Shown here piece by piece: positions 27,034-36,185 of a stretch of DNA of 64,000 bases. The position numbers and the translations under genes are program-made. Numbering within the stretch: position 1 is the first letter of the stretch; every line of letters starts with the position of its first letter. The DNA is from a virus. The DNA lies in IMG/VR virus record IMGVR_UViG_3300030117_003378, positions 9,802-73,801 of that record, one strand, 5' to 3'. The notes under the pieces are model-generated. The model made no database searches and was not told the origin of the DNA. It saw only the letters and a list, made by a program, of their open reading frames with translations.

Positions 27034-30000
27034 ATGACAAACAACATGAATGTAACTAACGGTCTACGGGTCGTCTTCGTTGTCATGGCACTTGCTTTCG
27101 TTGGCCTCGCGGCTAGCGGAGCAGTTGTCACAGACAGCGCAGACACCCACGGGGTTGTAACAAACCCCACACACATGGGAGTCGGTGGAAACACTGACCA
27201 CATGGAGGTGCTTGAGTTGCACCATCGTCCGCGAAACAGCGCCCAACGTCGTCGTTGGCGTCTTGCCAAAACATCATGGCAACGTCGACGCGCTCGTTGG
27301 CTCTCGCTGAATAGCCTTCAGGCTTTGCGAGACGCATGGGACAAACTTGCCCCAAGAACACAGTTTAGAATTAAGCACGGCTTCGCCAAAGCAAAATTCG
27401 TGGGTGTTATTGGGCTGATGGCTATGATGACTTACTACGTCATCGGACTGCCATTGGCCTTCCTTGTGGGCAAAACCAACCGACGGTGGTACAAGCCCGG
27501 TGTCTATGTGGCGGCGGATTACCTCGTTGCAAAACTCAAATCCGATAAAGAGGATAGAGAACTTGTAGCGCAGGAAAAACGTCAACTGCATCGGGACATG
27601 GATGAGGTTCAGGACGAGTTGAACATTGCGACTGAAGAACACGAAAAAGCGGTTGACCATCACCGTGAACTAGAATTGTTGCATAAGGACGACCCTGTAC
27701 TGTTTGGTGAGGACGAACTGAAGCAAGCAATTGCTGATGTAGAAGACACCAAGGAATGGGTCAACGAAGCCACTGAGTCATTGCAGTCTGTTCTCGACAG
27801 AGTGGAACAATTCTACTCTGTCAAGATTGATATGCGGCTTGGTAAGTACGGTGAGAATGTAGCCGAGAAATACGGCAGTAGGTTCGCTGAAGTTGACACA
27901 AGTCTGTTGGAACTTAACCCTGACAACTGGACAGTTGCACCTGAGCATGAAGCAAAGGTTCTGAACATTAGCGACGAACCTAAAGATGGCTTGCGACAAA
28001 TGATGCGAACCAATCTACGGGAAGTGTCAAAGGAGTTTGGTGTGCAAACACCTGTGTTCCGCAACGGTCCGCGTTCGTACACCATCAAGGGCGACGGTTC
28101 AGTGCATGACTATGTCAGAGACGCTGACAGGTCAACCGATACGGTAGCACCCGATACCCGTGCCTATGGCTTTGAGACAAATTTCCCTGTCTCAAACCTA
28201 ACTGCGATGATGCGTCACTTGGACATCTACTACACGGCGCAACAACGGTTCCATTGGCCCGGACACTCAAAGCCCGGACAACCGTCAATGATTGTTGATG
28301 TAGAGTGTGGTTGGCACCTCCACATATCGGTTGCCGCTGGACTTGAGGGCGCGAAGGACAACATCAAAAGAATTCGCAAACTTGGTACTGGCAACGCAAC
28401 ACACGATGTGTGGGTTGACTGGCAAGCCGCATTTACCATTAACTATCATGGTAACATTGAGCAGTTCAATGGGATGATGGGCAGAAGCCGCGACCACAAC
28501 AACAGTAACAACACTGGCTATGCGAAGCCTCAGTTTAGTCGTATCAACCATTTGCGTAAGGCAAAGGCACTGTACGAACTTGCGAAGCCTCGCGTGACAG
28601 AAACGGCGCAGGAAGCAAAAGACCGCTTCACTTCGCTCGCTGTTGAGTGGCGAAAGTTTGACGGACCCCATGCGGTTGGACACGAAACACTGGAACAACT
28701 GGAAAAGTGGGACGGCGTGTCTGCCGTTCCTACGCGAGTTGCTAACCGGTTGCTTAAGAATGCTCGTAAGAAGTATCACGAAGCATTTTGGGCTATGGTC
28801 GACGAAGGTCGTAGCGACTACTGGATGGTTAACTTCGGTGGTTATACGGAACACGGCACAGTAGAGGTCAGACACATGGGCGGATTGAACAACTGGTTCA
28901 CTTCCTGCCTATGGATGATTACCATACAAAAGTTGATGATTGATTCAATGGATGGCAAAGAGTTCTTCATTGCATCACAACACAACAATGGTAGCCAAAA
29001 GGACCCACGCCGCGATGCGTCACAGGCACACGCCTTTGCACAATGGTTGTGTAACGGCTACGAGTGGCCGAAGCCGGTACAGGTTTTCTTGGATGTCTAC
29101 GGCATCACGGAATTCGCAAGTCTGAATGCGGACGCTGTCAACAAGAGTCACCTTGAAGGACAAAGTGTCTTTGTCGAGTCAATCTTGGCATTCAAGGAAT
29201 TTGACGATTGGCAACCATCTGCTGATTTCGTGGACATGAGCGACAAGCGATTAGCCAAGTGGCGACAAAAGTCGTATGCCATGATGGGTGAGACATACAT
29301 CGAACCCGGCAGTACCAACCCGTACAACGCAAGTCTGTTCGGTGTCGGCCTAATCGGTGCTATTGTCGCAGGTACGTCACCAGTGCTAATTGCGCTCGCG
29401 TGCGTAGCGTGTGGCATCGGCGGTTGGATTAACATGAACGTCGATGACGATGGCAAGCCGACAAAGCCAAGTCGTGGTGAGTGGAAGGGGATTCTCAGAA
29501 TCCTCGCCGAACTGTCCTCGCGTGGCTCAGAAGCCTGTGGTGTTGCTTACAGCAGAGGTGACGGTAAGGTACACGGTGCATGGGAAGTAGAACCCGAGTC
29601 CAAGAAGAAGGACAAGTGGGGCTACTACTCATCAGGTATCAACGTACCCAAGATGGTCGGCAGTCTGATTATGAAGAAGATTGCCAAGGGCCTCGGTCGA
29701 ATGGGCTTCCGCATGAAGTGGGTTATGACGCACACCCGTCATAGCACAGGCGGTGCTAACAACCGACGCAATGCACATCCAATCAAGGTTGGACCGAACG
29801 ATAACCAAAATGCCGGTATAGTGCTAACGCACAACGGCATGATTTCGTTCAACGCAGAGCGCAAGGTCGAGGACACGCTACCCGAAGAATACTTCGTATC
29901 GCGTAGCAAGGACATTCGTGGTCTTGAGTTAGATACACGTTGCATCGTGTACTGCTTGGACTACTATGGTTCGACCAACGACGGCATCGACAAGATGGCG

Positions 30001-30732
30001 GCACTGTGTGACTTCGACGGTAGAGCGTCCATGCGTCTCGTATGGGTCGACAAGTCAGAATCGCGTGACGGGTTCCCCGAGCGCGTTCACTTGTGGGCTA
30101 ACTGCGACGACCTATGGGTTGCACAGACAGTCAAGGGTAACTGGGTGTATGCTTCAACGCAAAACATCTTGAAGCGTACCTTCGGTAACGTGCTTATAGA
30201 CAGCACTATCCGACACCTAAACCTTGACGCGCACTATGTCATTGATTGGCAACATGGCCTAATCAACCTTGGCAAGTGTGGCAACAAGCACATCGTAGAG
30301 CCTGTCAAGCGTGACTCAAACGCATGGAAGACTGGTCGTAGCACAACTAACAAGCCCGCGACTGTCAACTTAGATGCTTTGGTGTCACCCAAGACAGTAC
30401 CGCCTGTCAAGAACATCATGGATGACGGCTTCTACGAATGCCGCAACTGTGAAAACGGACACTGGTTGACGTTTGACAACAACTGGAATATGTGCCAAAT
30501 CTGCGGTCGTTCAGCAGACGATGTGGTTGACTCTTGCAGTAGCCCATCGTGTGAGACTGACACATTGTGGGACACCTTGCCCGAAGAGGTCAAGACAACT
30601 GTTCCACCTGTTGGTAGTCCTGACTTGAAGGGATTTGTCGACGAGGTAAATGCCAAGGCAAAGGTTGACGCTAACCTGCGACCGGTCAAGGGCGCACTCA
30701 TGGCGCACGACGAAGACACGCGACAGGCCTGA
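27034..30732 (+). CDS. Membrane-associated COOH-NH2 ligase (amidoligase type 2) / class II glutamine amidotransferase polyprotein with a C-terminal Zn ribbon
   Basis: Ligase motifs GDGS, GFETNFP, CGWHLHIS, YWMVNF and HGTVEVRH; Ntn motifs CGIGG, RGSEACG, HTRHST, NAHP and HNGMI; three hydrophobic segments; GGAGGTGA RBS before ATG 27034. Confidence 0.8.
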   Translation: MTNNMNVTNGLRVVFVVMALAFVGLAASGAVVTDSADTHGVVTNPTHMGVGGNTDHMEVLELHHRPRNSAQRRRWRLAKTSWQRRRARWLSLNSLQALRDAWDKLAPRTQFRIKHGFAKAKFVGVIGLMAMMTYYVIGLPLAFLVGKTNRRWYKPGVYVAADYLVAKLKSDKEDRELVAQEKRQLHRDMDEVQDELNIATEEHEKAVDHHRELELLHKDDPVLFGEDELKQAIADVEDTKEWVNEATESLQSVLDRVEQFYSVKIDMRLGKYGENVAEKYGSRFAEVDTSLLELNPDNWTVAPEHEAKVLNISDEPKDGLRQMMRTNLREVSKEFGVQTPVFRNGPRSYTIKGDGSVHDYVRDADRSTDTVAPDTRAYGFETNFPVSNLTAMMRHLDIYYTAQQRFHWPGHSKPGQPSMIVDVECGWHLHISVAAGLEGAKDNIKRIRKLGTGNATHDVWVDWQAAFTINYHGNIEQFNGMMGRSRDHNNSNNTGYAKPQFSRINHLRKAKALYELAKPRVTETAQEAKDRFTSLAVEWRKFDGPHAVGHETLEQLEKWDGVSAVPTRVANRLLKNARKKYHEAFWAMVDEGRSDYWMVNFGGYTEHGTVEVRHMGGLNNWFTSCLWMITIQKLMIDSMDGKEFFIASQHNNGSQKDPRRDASQAHAFAQWLCNGYEWPKPVQVFLDVYGITEFASLNADAVNKSHLEGQSVFVESILAFKEFDDWQPSADFVDMSDKRLAKWRQKSYAMMGETYIEPGSTNPYNASLFGVGLIGAIVAGTSPVLIALACVACGIGGWINMNVDDDGKPTKPSRGEWKGILRILAELSSRGSEACGVAYSRGDGKVHGAWEVEPESKKKDKWGYYSSGINVPKMVGSLIMKKIAKGLGRMGFRMKWVMTHTRHSTGGANNRRNAHPIKVGPNDNQNAGIVLTHNGMISFNAERKVEDTLPEEYFVSRSKDIRGLELDTRCIVYCLDYYGSTNDGIDKMAALCDFDGRASMRLVWVDKSESRDGFPERVHLWANCDDLWVAQTVKGNWVYASTQNILKRTFGNVLIDSTIRHLNLDAHYVIDWQHGLINLGKCGNKHIVEPVKRDSNAWKTGRSTTNKPATVNLDALVSPKTVPPVKNIMDDGFYECRNCENGHWLTFDNNWNMCQICGRSADDVVDSCSSPSCETDTLWDTLPEEVKTTVPPVGSPDLKGFVDEVNAKAKVDANLRPVKGALMAHDEDTRQA

Positions 30733-30748
30733 GCCTGACCCAACGATT

Positions 30749-30774
30749 GAGGGGGGGCAGTAATGCCCCCTCTC
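30749..30774 (+). other. GNRA-capped hairpin upstream of the GNAT RBS
   Basis: GAGGGGGGGCA-GTAA-TGCCCCCTCTC. Confidence 0.65.
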
Positions 30775-30796
30775 TCTCTAAGGGAGGTGAAATAAT

Positions 30797-31291
30797 ATGG
30801 AGAAAACAATCAAGAAGATTGAAGCCCATTTGGCTCTTTGGATTGAGATGGTTGCGGTATTGTGGATTGATGGCAATGCCCACTATCTACTTTTCAATGA
30901 ATACCAAATATCCATGTTCCGAAGTGGACGAACACTACACTTTGGTTTGGTCGTAAACGGTGAAACGGTTGCCAAGTCTCAAATGTCATGGATGCCCGGT
31001 TGTTCAGCAATTTGGTTTGCACATGGCCTTTGGGTACATGAAGACTACCGGTCAAAGGGGAAGCACTCAGGTTGCGGTGCATTATACATTATTCGCCAAT
31101 GGCAGAGAAGACTCTTGTTGGATATGGAAGCGAGCCGTGTTTACATCACGGTGCCAGCAGATAATCCAGCAGGGTTGAGAGCGGCTGAAAAGGCGGGTTA
31201 TGTAAGAATGCCCGACCCACACGATGTGGTTAGCGAGCGACACGGATTCGGACGAGCAATCATGTTCGTTTGGGACCCAATCGGCGCTTGA
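30797..31291 (+). CDS. GNAT-family acetyltransferase
   Basis: LWVHEDYRSKG (motif A) and NPAGLRAAEKAGY (motif B); GGAGGTGA RBS. Confidence 0.8.
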   Translation: MEKTIKKIEAHLALWIEMVAVLWIDGNAHYLLFNEYQISMFRSGRTLHFGLVVNGETVAKSQMSWMPGCSAIWFAHGLWVHEDYRSKGKHSGCGALYIIRQWQRRLLLDMEASRVYITVPADNPAGLRAAEKAGYVRMPDPHDVVSERHGFGRAIMFVWDPIGA

Positions 31292-31314
31292 ATACGTCGC
31301 AAGATAACACACCG

Positions 31315-31476
31315 GTTGGTCAAGGGGGCTTAGGTTCCCTTGGCTGACTTAGACACAGAGTCGGTTCCGGGGTTGACCCCGCCGACTCATCTTTCACACA
31401 CCACCTTCGGGTGAGGGTGCAAACGCACAGTAAAAAAGCCCGCTTACAGGCGGGAGTAAATCACGACCACTGGTCG
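31315..31476 (+). ncRNA. Structured 3' element 3 (series of hairpins)
   Basis: 14-bp stem 31315-28/31335-48, 31358-65/31381-88, CACC-TTCG-GGTG 31402-13, 31439-43/31450-54. Confidence 0.55.
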
Positions 31477-31529
31477 GTTAACGCATGAGCATTAGCCTTG
31501 GGTGCATTGACCCCCCAAAAACGCGGTAT

Positions 31530-31628
31530 AAAATCGTGCTAAAATCTAACAAAAAGAAATGTTCAAAAAAGATACAAATAAAATAACAAATAAAATGTAA
31601 CAAATCACAAATCAAAATTCACAAATCA
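31530..31628 (-). terminator. A-rich (+) / T-rich (-) low-complexity tract, right boundary of the island
   Basis: Repeated ACAAAT/AAAAT units; T-rich on the strand of the convergent gene 31619..31948. Confidence 0.5.
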
Positions 31629-31948
31629 GACTCCGCGACGATTCCTACCAAATCCAAAATGTCATCCTCCTCAAATCCAACCTCGCCCGAAAAACGAACG
31701 AGTTGAGCGGTGAATCGACGCTTGCCATCGACGCGGCCACGGGCGGTGTCCACGAAGGCATCGAATGATGAACGGTCAGTCGCTACGCGCAGGTCACGCA
31801 TGACGCGAAGGCCGACGGGCTTCAAGTCCCGATTGAGTAGTATGGCGCGTACTCGGTCGTCGCCGATGGTCTGAAGTCCACCACGATGTGCGCGCGCGTG
31901 CGCGATGAGGCGGGGCATCTCGGTCAGGTCTGCGGGTATGTCGTCCAT
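31619..31948 (-). CDS. Hypothetical protein (solitary minus-strand gene)
   Basis: 109 aa ORF with TATA-like TTCATAAG about 25 nt upstream and a T-rich tract downstream. Confidence 0.55.
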   Translation of the reverse strand: MDDIPADLTEMPRLIAHARAHRGGLQTIGDDRVRAILLNRDLKPVGLRVMRDLRVATDRSSFDAFVDTARGRVDGKRRFTAQLVRFSGEVGFEEDDILDLVGIVAESDL

Positions 31949-31991
31949 GAACCACCCTAGCGACGTAACCTTATGAACCTATCGCTTGGCA

Positions 31992-32058
31992 CAAGGTTTA
32001 TAGGCTCCCCGCCCTTTGAACATGGGTGCGGCGTGGGTATTCGCAAGGTTTATAGGCT
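31992..32058 (+). promoter_or_regulatory. Tandem promoter-like repeats CAAGGTTTATAGGCT
   Basis: Exact copies at 31992-32006 and 32044-32058; third near-copy at 32499-32512. Confidence 0.7.
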
Positions 32059-32566
32059 TCTACCCCGTGTGACATGGGCTTGGGGCCTAGTTTACTTTCT
32101 ACACCTAGTGTATTTGTTAAATCTGACCCGTTCATTGATAATCCAGCCCCTCCTTTGACTGAACAGGCTCGCAGTCATGCGTTTTGGGGATTTTTTTGGC
32201 ATTTTCGCTCCGAATCTAGCCTATTTGGCTGATATTCGTTTATATTCCCCAATTCGTGGTACTGCGAGGCCGAAAATTGAGGAGGGTGTATGATGAGGTA
32301 GGGTTTCATACCACTTTTCCACCCGCACTAAGTGTAATTTGTACACCACCCCTTCAAGTAACACCACCTGTCCCCGAACACACTTACTTTACTTTCTACA
32401 CCGCTCCTACGCGTAAGTACGTTCGCGTGTACGCGTATAGCATGACGAATCGTATGAATCTCATACTGTTAAATATCAGGTCCTAATTCTAACAATGCCA
32501 AGGTTTATAGGCATCCATCGGTAGCATCAATTTGTGGGAGGGGCCGACCCCCCACAGGATGATAAC

Positions 32567-32848
32567 ATGGAACCCAAGCCAGCAACCCGAATTGCAGGTC
32601 GCCACAAGCAAGCCTTGTTGGCCGCAATCTCGGAAATGAAGCCTGAACTGCACTACACGGCAGGAGATATGACATACCACGCGGCGAAGCACAGTAAGAC
32701 TTCCGCCCGATACCTGAAGCCAAAGAATGCGTCCCGTATTCTATGTGCGCTTCAGCGAGAAGGTGCGCCGATTCAAATGCACCCACGCGGCGTCGAAGAT
32801 GAGAATGGGAAGGTCACGACCCAACGCACATTTACGGTGATAGCATGA
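32567..32848 (+). CDS. Putative winged-helix DNA-binding protein
   Basis: Helical pattern followed by a beta hairpin; promoter at 32499. Confidence 0.5.
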   Translation: MEPKPATRIAGRHKQALLAAISEMKPELHYTAGDMTYHAAKHSKTSARYLKPKNASRILCALQREGAPIQMHPRGVEDENGKVTTQRTFTVIA

Positions 32849-33264
32849 AGATTTGGAACGAAGCGTGTATTTGGTTCATGCGGACTAATGGATATTGCAG
32901 TAAGTGTGGTTGTGTTCACAAGAGCATGGACGAAGATTTGTGGAAGGTGGTTGAATGAGTTACCGGACAAAGTACAGACTGATTCAGCGATTCAAGGGGG
33001 CATTCCAATTCCTCATGTTCTGTCTTCACGCAACCCTTATACCGTTCCTTTTGGTGGGAGTATTGACGGGGGTGCTGAAGTGATGGAAACCGTTCAATGT
33101 TGCCTCCGCCGAATCCCTCGGACTCACATTTTCTATGGTCGCTCGATTCAGACCGGAATTGACAAGTCGTGGTGCTTCGATTGCGCCGCCCCATGCGGTT
33201 ATCAAAACGGTGACCATTGGGAAGAAGACGGTTATGCTGATGAAAATGCACGGTGGGTGATTGA

Positions 33265-33660
33265 ATGACCCGACCACAATATCACAATCACCCCGATGGG
33301 TGGACTGCGGTTTTGACTCCGCATTTCATCGAAACGTGGCGCAAGCGGACCGAAGGTCGGACTTCACTTTCGATGATGGAGTGGGTGTCGAAGGTCGGAC
33401 GCAAGTTTGACCAAATCGGCGACGATGTGCCGAGCGGCGGAGAGATTCTCAATTCCGCATTCGGTGGCCCCGTTGTCGCCTTCGGATATTTCAACCGCAG
33501 ATTCAACAAGAGGCGAGGCCGATGGGAATTGGAGATGATTGACGTTGCCCCACCAAACCGATTCAACACGAAGGGTCGCTCAAGTCATGGCAATTCTCAC
33601 GAAGACACCGTGTTCATGGACGTAAATGACAACGTTTATAGGGTAACAAAGGAGGAATAA
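33265..33660 (+). CDS. Hypothetical early protein
   Basis: 131 aa; ATGA-coupled to the upstream small ORF. Confidence 0.65.
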   Translation: MTRPQYHNHPDGWTAVLTPHFIETWRKRTEGRTSLSMMEWVSKVGRKFDQIGDDVPSGGEILNSAFGGPVVAFGYFNRRFNKRRGRWELEMIDVAPPNRFNTKGRSSHGNSHEDTVFMDVNDNVYRVTKEE

Positions 33661-33663
33661 ATT

Positions 33664-34167
33664 ATGACAAAGCACTTACAGACTGACGAGGGCTATGGGC
33701 GATACAACAAGATTGATATGACCCTCCACGTTTGTCGGACAGGAGCCAAGGAGCAATTCTACACCTTGTATCAAGAGGGTGTGTGTTGGAGCAAGTACGG
33801 CGCGACATACTACTGCAATTTCATTCAGAATCTCTCTCATAGCAGGGCCGATGCTGAAGAGAAGGCCCATGCCTATGCCGAGAAGCGCAACCTGCGCGAA
33901 ATCTGCCACCACCTCGACATTGAGATTCACGATACACCACGACCAATCTATCTTCGACACGAAGCCTTTGGCGTCGAGATGAAGATGAATAAGAAGCGCA
34001 CCGTTTGGTTCGGCAATATCGGCTCGGAATTTTGGGACGAGTGGAGAGAAAACAAGGCCGAAATCAAGGCGGCGGGATATTGGGTAATGAAGGGTGACGG
34101 CGGTTCATGGCTACTCTTCAAGCGCATTGAGCAAGACGAGAGGCAATACGCCGACGAGGAGGAATGA
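33664..34167 (+). CDS. Hypothetical early protein
   Basis: 167 aa directly after a promoter cassette. Confidence 0.75.
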   Translation: MTKHLQTDEGYGRYNKIDMTLHVCRTGAKEQFYTLYQEGVCWSKYGATYYCNFIQNLSHSRADAEEKAHAYAEKRNLREICHHLDIEIHDTPRPIYLRHEAFGVEMKMNKKRTVWFGNIGSEFWDEWRENKAEIKAAGYWVMKGDGGSWLLFKRIEQDERQYADEEE

Positions 34168-34475
34168 AAATGATTGACACAGAAAAGTACGAAGACATAA
34201 CACCTGAGCGGTGGACAGTAGATGAGGAAGACCCATACCGTGTGGTAGATGTACAGGACTGCACCATAGCAAGGACTGACTTTATCGACATCGAGGAAGA
34301 AAGAGAGTGGCAGTTAGCCAACGCACAACTGATAGCAGACGCCCCACTACTACTCGCAGAAGTCCAGCGGTTGCGCGAGATAGAGCGTGAGTGGAAGCAG
34401 ATGTGGTCTAAGTTAGAGGACTACCCTGAAATTTGTGTTGAATTAATCTACTTTATGGAGGGGATGATTGAATGA
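34164..34475 (+). CDS. Hypothetical early protein
   Basis: ANAQLIADAPLLL motif common in small phage proteins; ATGA overlap. Confidence 0.7.
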   Translation: MKMIDTEKYEDITPERWTVDEEDPYRVVDVQDCTIARTDFIDIEEEREWQLANAQLIADAPLLLAEVQRLREIEREWKQMWSKLEDYPEICVELIYFMEGMIE

Positions 34476-34710
34476 AGAATTGTTACCATTGTCACGGAGA
34501 AATGAAGGCAGAATCTATACTATACAATTTGAAGCGACTGATTCGTGAGCAAAATGCGGTGAATGGCGACTACGACGATTTGTATTTCGGCATCAAGGAT
34601 TTGATTCAGGCAATCGAGGAGAGGATTTGATGGATTGTGAGATTTGCGGTCACCTTCTCGATGACGACGGAAAGTGCGGTTGTATGGAGGCACTTTGGGG
34701 CTGATTTCAC

Positions 34711-34783
34711 GGTTCCCGTTCTCCCGTGCGTCGACGGCCCTTCGCGGGCGACAGCGACCACGGGGGCGGGACCACATTTTTTT
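34711..34783 (+). terminator. GC-rich long hairpin followed by T7
   Basis: GGTTCCCGTTCTCCCGTG pairs with CACGGGGGCGGGACC; inner GCCC/GGGC stem; TTTTTTT at 34777-83. Confidence 0.55.
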
Positions 34784-35222
34784 CGGCCATCTGTGAACAA
34801 TAAGGTTTATAGGGTAACCGGATATATGTTACCCACTAATTTTAGGGCGCGGATAGGTTTATAGTCTAACAATGTAAGGGATATTTACAGGAGAGGAAAG
34901 CATGGTTGAAAGATGTTGGTTTGATTCGCAGGGATTTGGGACTTGGGCTTGTCGCGTATGTGGGCGTCAAGTCATTCAAGACCCGATGGGTTACACTTAC
35001 TCATGTGAGGTGGGAGAATGAGAATGAAGAAGATACAAAACGCACTTTACGACATTCACGAATACGCAGACATTCTGCTCAAGAATAACAAGAGTCACAT
35101 TGCCGTTAATGAATTGGCTGAATTGATTTTGGAGAGAGTCGATTTCATTCGTTTGCACTTAGGGATTGATGAATAACCTTTATAGGGTAACAAGAATAGG
35201 ATAATTTAGAGGAGAGGAAAAC

Positions 35223-36185
35223 ATGGCAAAGACAGGAAGAGCAGAAGCCGCGCTGAAGCGCGACCAAATGAGAAACATGGTGGTTGAAACCATCATCAAG
35301 CAAATGGAGAGTGGAAGCACCGATTGGTTGCGACCGTGGACAAAGTCGGGTGGTTCAGAATTGCCCGTCAGCAACGTCGGTCGCTCATACCGAGGCATCA
35401 ATGTATGGTGGCTTTGGGCCAACGCATCTCAAAACGGATGGGGCAACGAATGGGGGACTTTCGCTTCATGGAAGAAGGCCGGAGAAGCACACGCTAACTC
35501 AATCGGAAGTGACGAGTATTTCGGTGTTCAGAAGGGCATGAAGTCTACACCGGTTTTCTTCTACAAGATGCTCAAGATTAAGGACAAGGACAACGAAGAC
35601 GAGGAGAAGATGATTCCCCTGCTCAAGTGGTTCTATGTGTTCAACCGAGCGCAGACCAACCTGCCGGACAAGGTATATGTTGATGACGAAACTCACGAAG
35701 TCAGCGAGGAGGCCGCAGAATTGGAGGCGTTGGCACTGTACGACAAGCACAATGTGGATTTGCGGTACGGTGGAGGTCGAGCATTCTATCGGGTGTCGAC
35801 AGACCACATTCAAATGCCGAATCGAGAGCATTTCCGTGACTCGACAGGGTTCACGGCAACACTACTACACGAATTGACTCATTGGACAGGTCACCCGTCA
35901 CGACTCAATCGGAAGTTGGAAAACTCATTCGGAGGCAACGAGTACGCCTTTGAGGAATTGATTGCAGAGATGGGTGCGGCAATGGTTTGCGCCGAGGTCG
36001 GCGTGGACAATGACCACCTGATGATTGACAACCACGCGGCATACGTCACATCGTGGCTCAAGGGACTCAAGACGGACGGTGGCGCACAAGCCCTATGGCG
36101 AGCCGCCGCCCATGCACAGAAGGCCGCAGATTGGATTCTCGGCACAGGCTACGACGGAAAGGAGGACGAGAAGAATGAATCATAA
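35223..36185 (+). CDS. ardC: ArdC-like antirestriction protein (ssDNA-binding domain plus zincin-like domain)
   Basis: WLRPW, YRGIN, W..F..W, VFN..Q, AFY...D.I.MP, HELTHWTGH..RL.R and YAFEELIAE. Confidence 0.9.
   Translation: MAKTGRAEAALKRDQMRNMVVETIIKQMESGSTDWLRPWTKSGGSELPVSNVGRSYRGINVWWLWANASQNGWGNEWGTFASWKKAGEAHANSIGSDEYFGVQKGMKSTPVFFYKMLKIKDKDNEDEEKMIPLLKWFYVFNRAQTNLPDKVYVDDETHEVSEEAAELEALALYDKHNVDLRYGGGRAFYRVSTDHIQMPNREHFRDSTGFTATLLHELTHWTGHPSRLNRKLENSFGGNEYAFEELIAEMGAAMVCAEVGVDNDHLMIDNHAAYVTSWLKGLKTDGGAQALWRAAAHAQKAADWILGTGYDGKEDEKNES

Noticed and set aside
24130-31630. Island as a transposon, retron or DGR
   Set aside because: No transposase, recombinase or reverse transcriptase motifs; no terminal inverted repeats or target duplication seen
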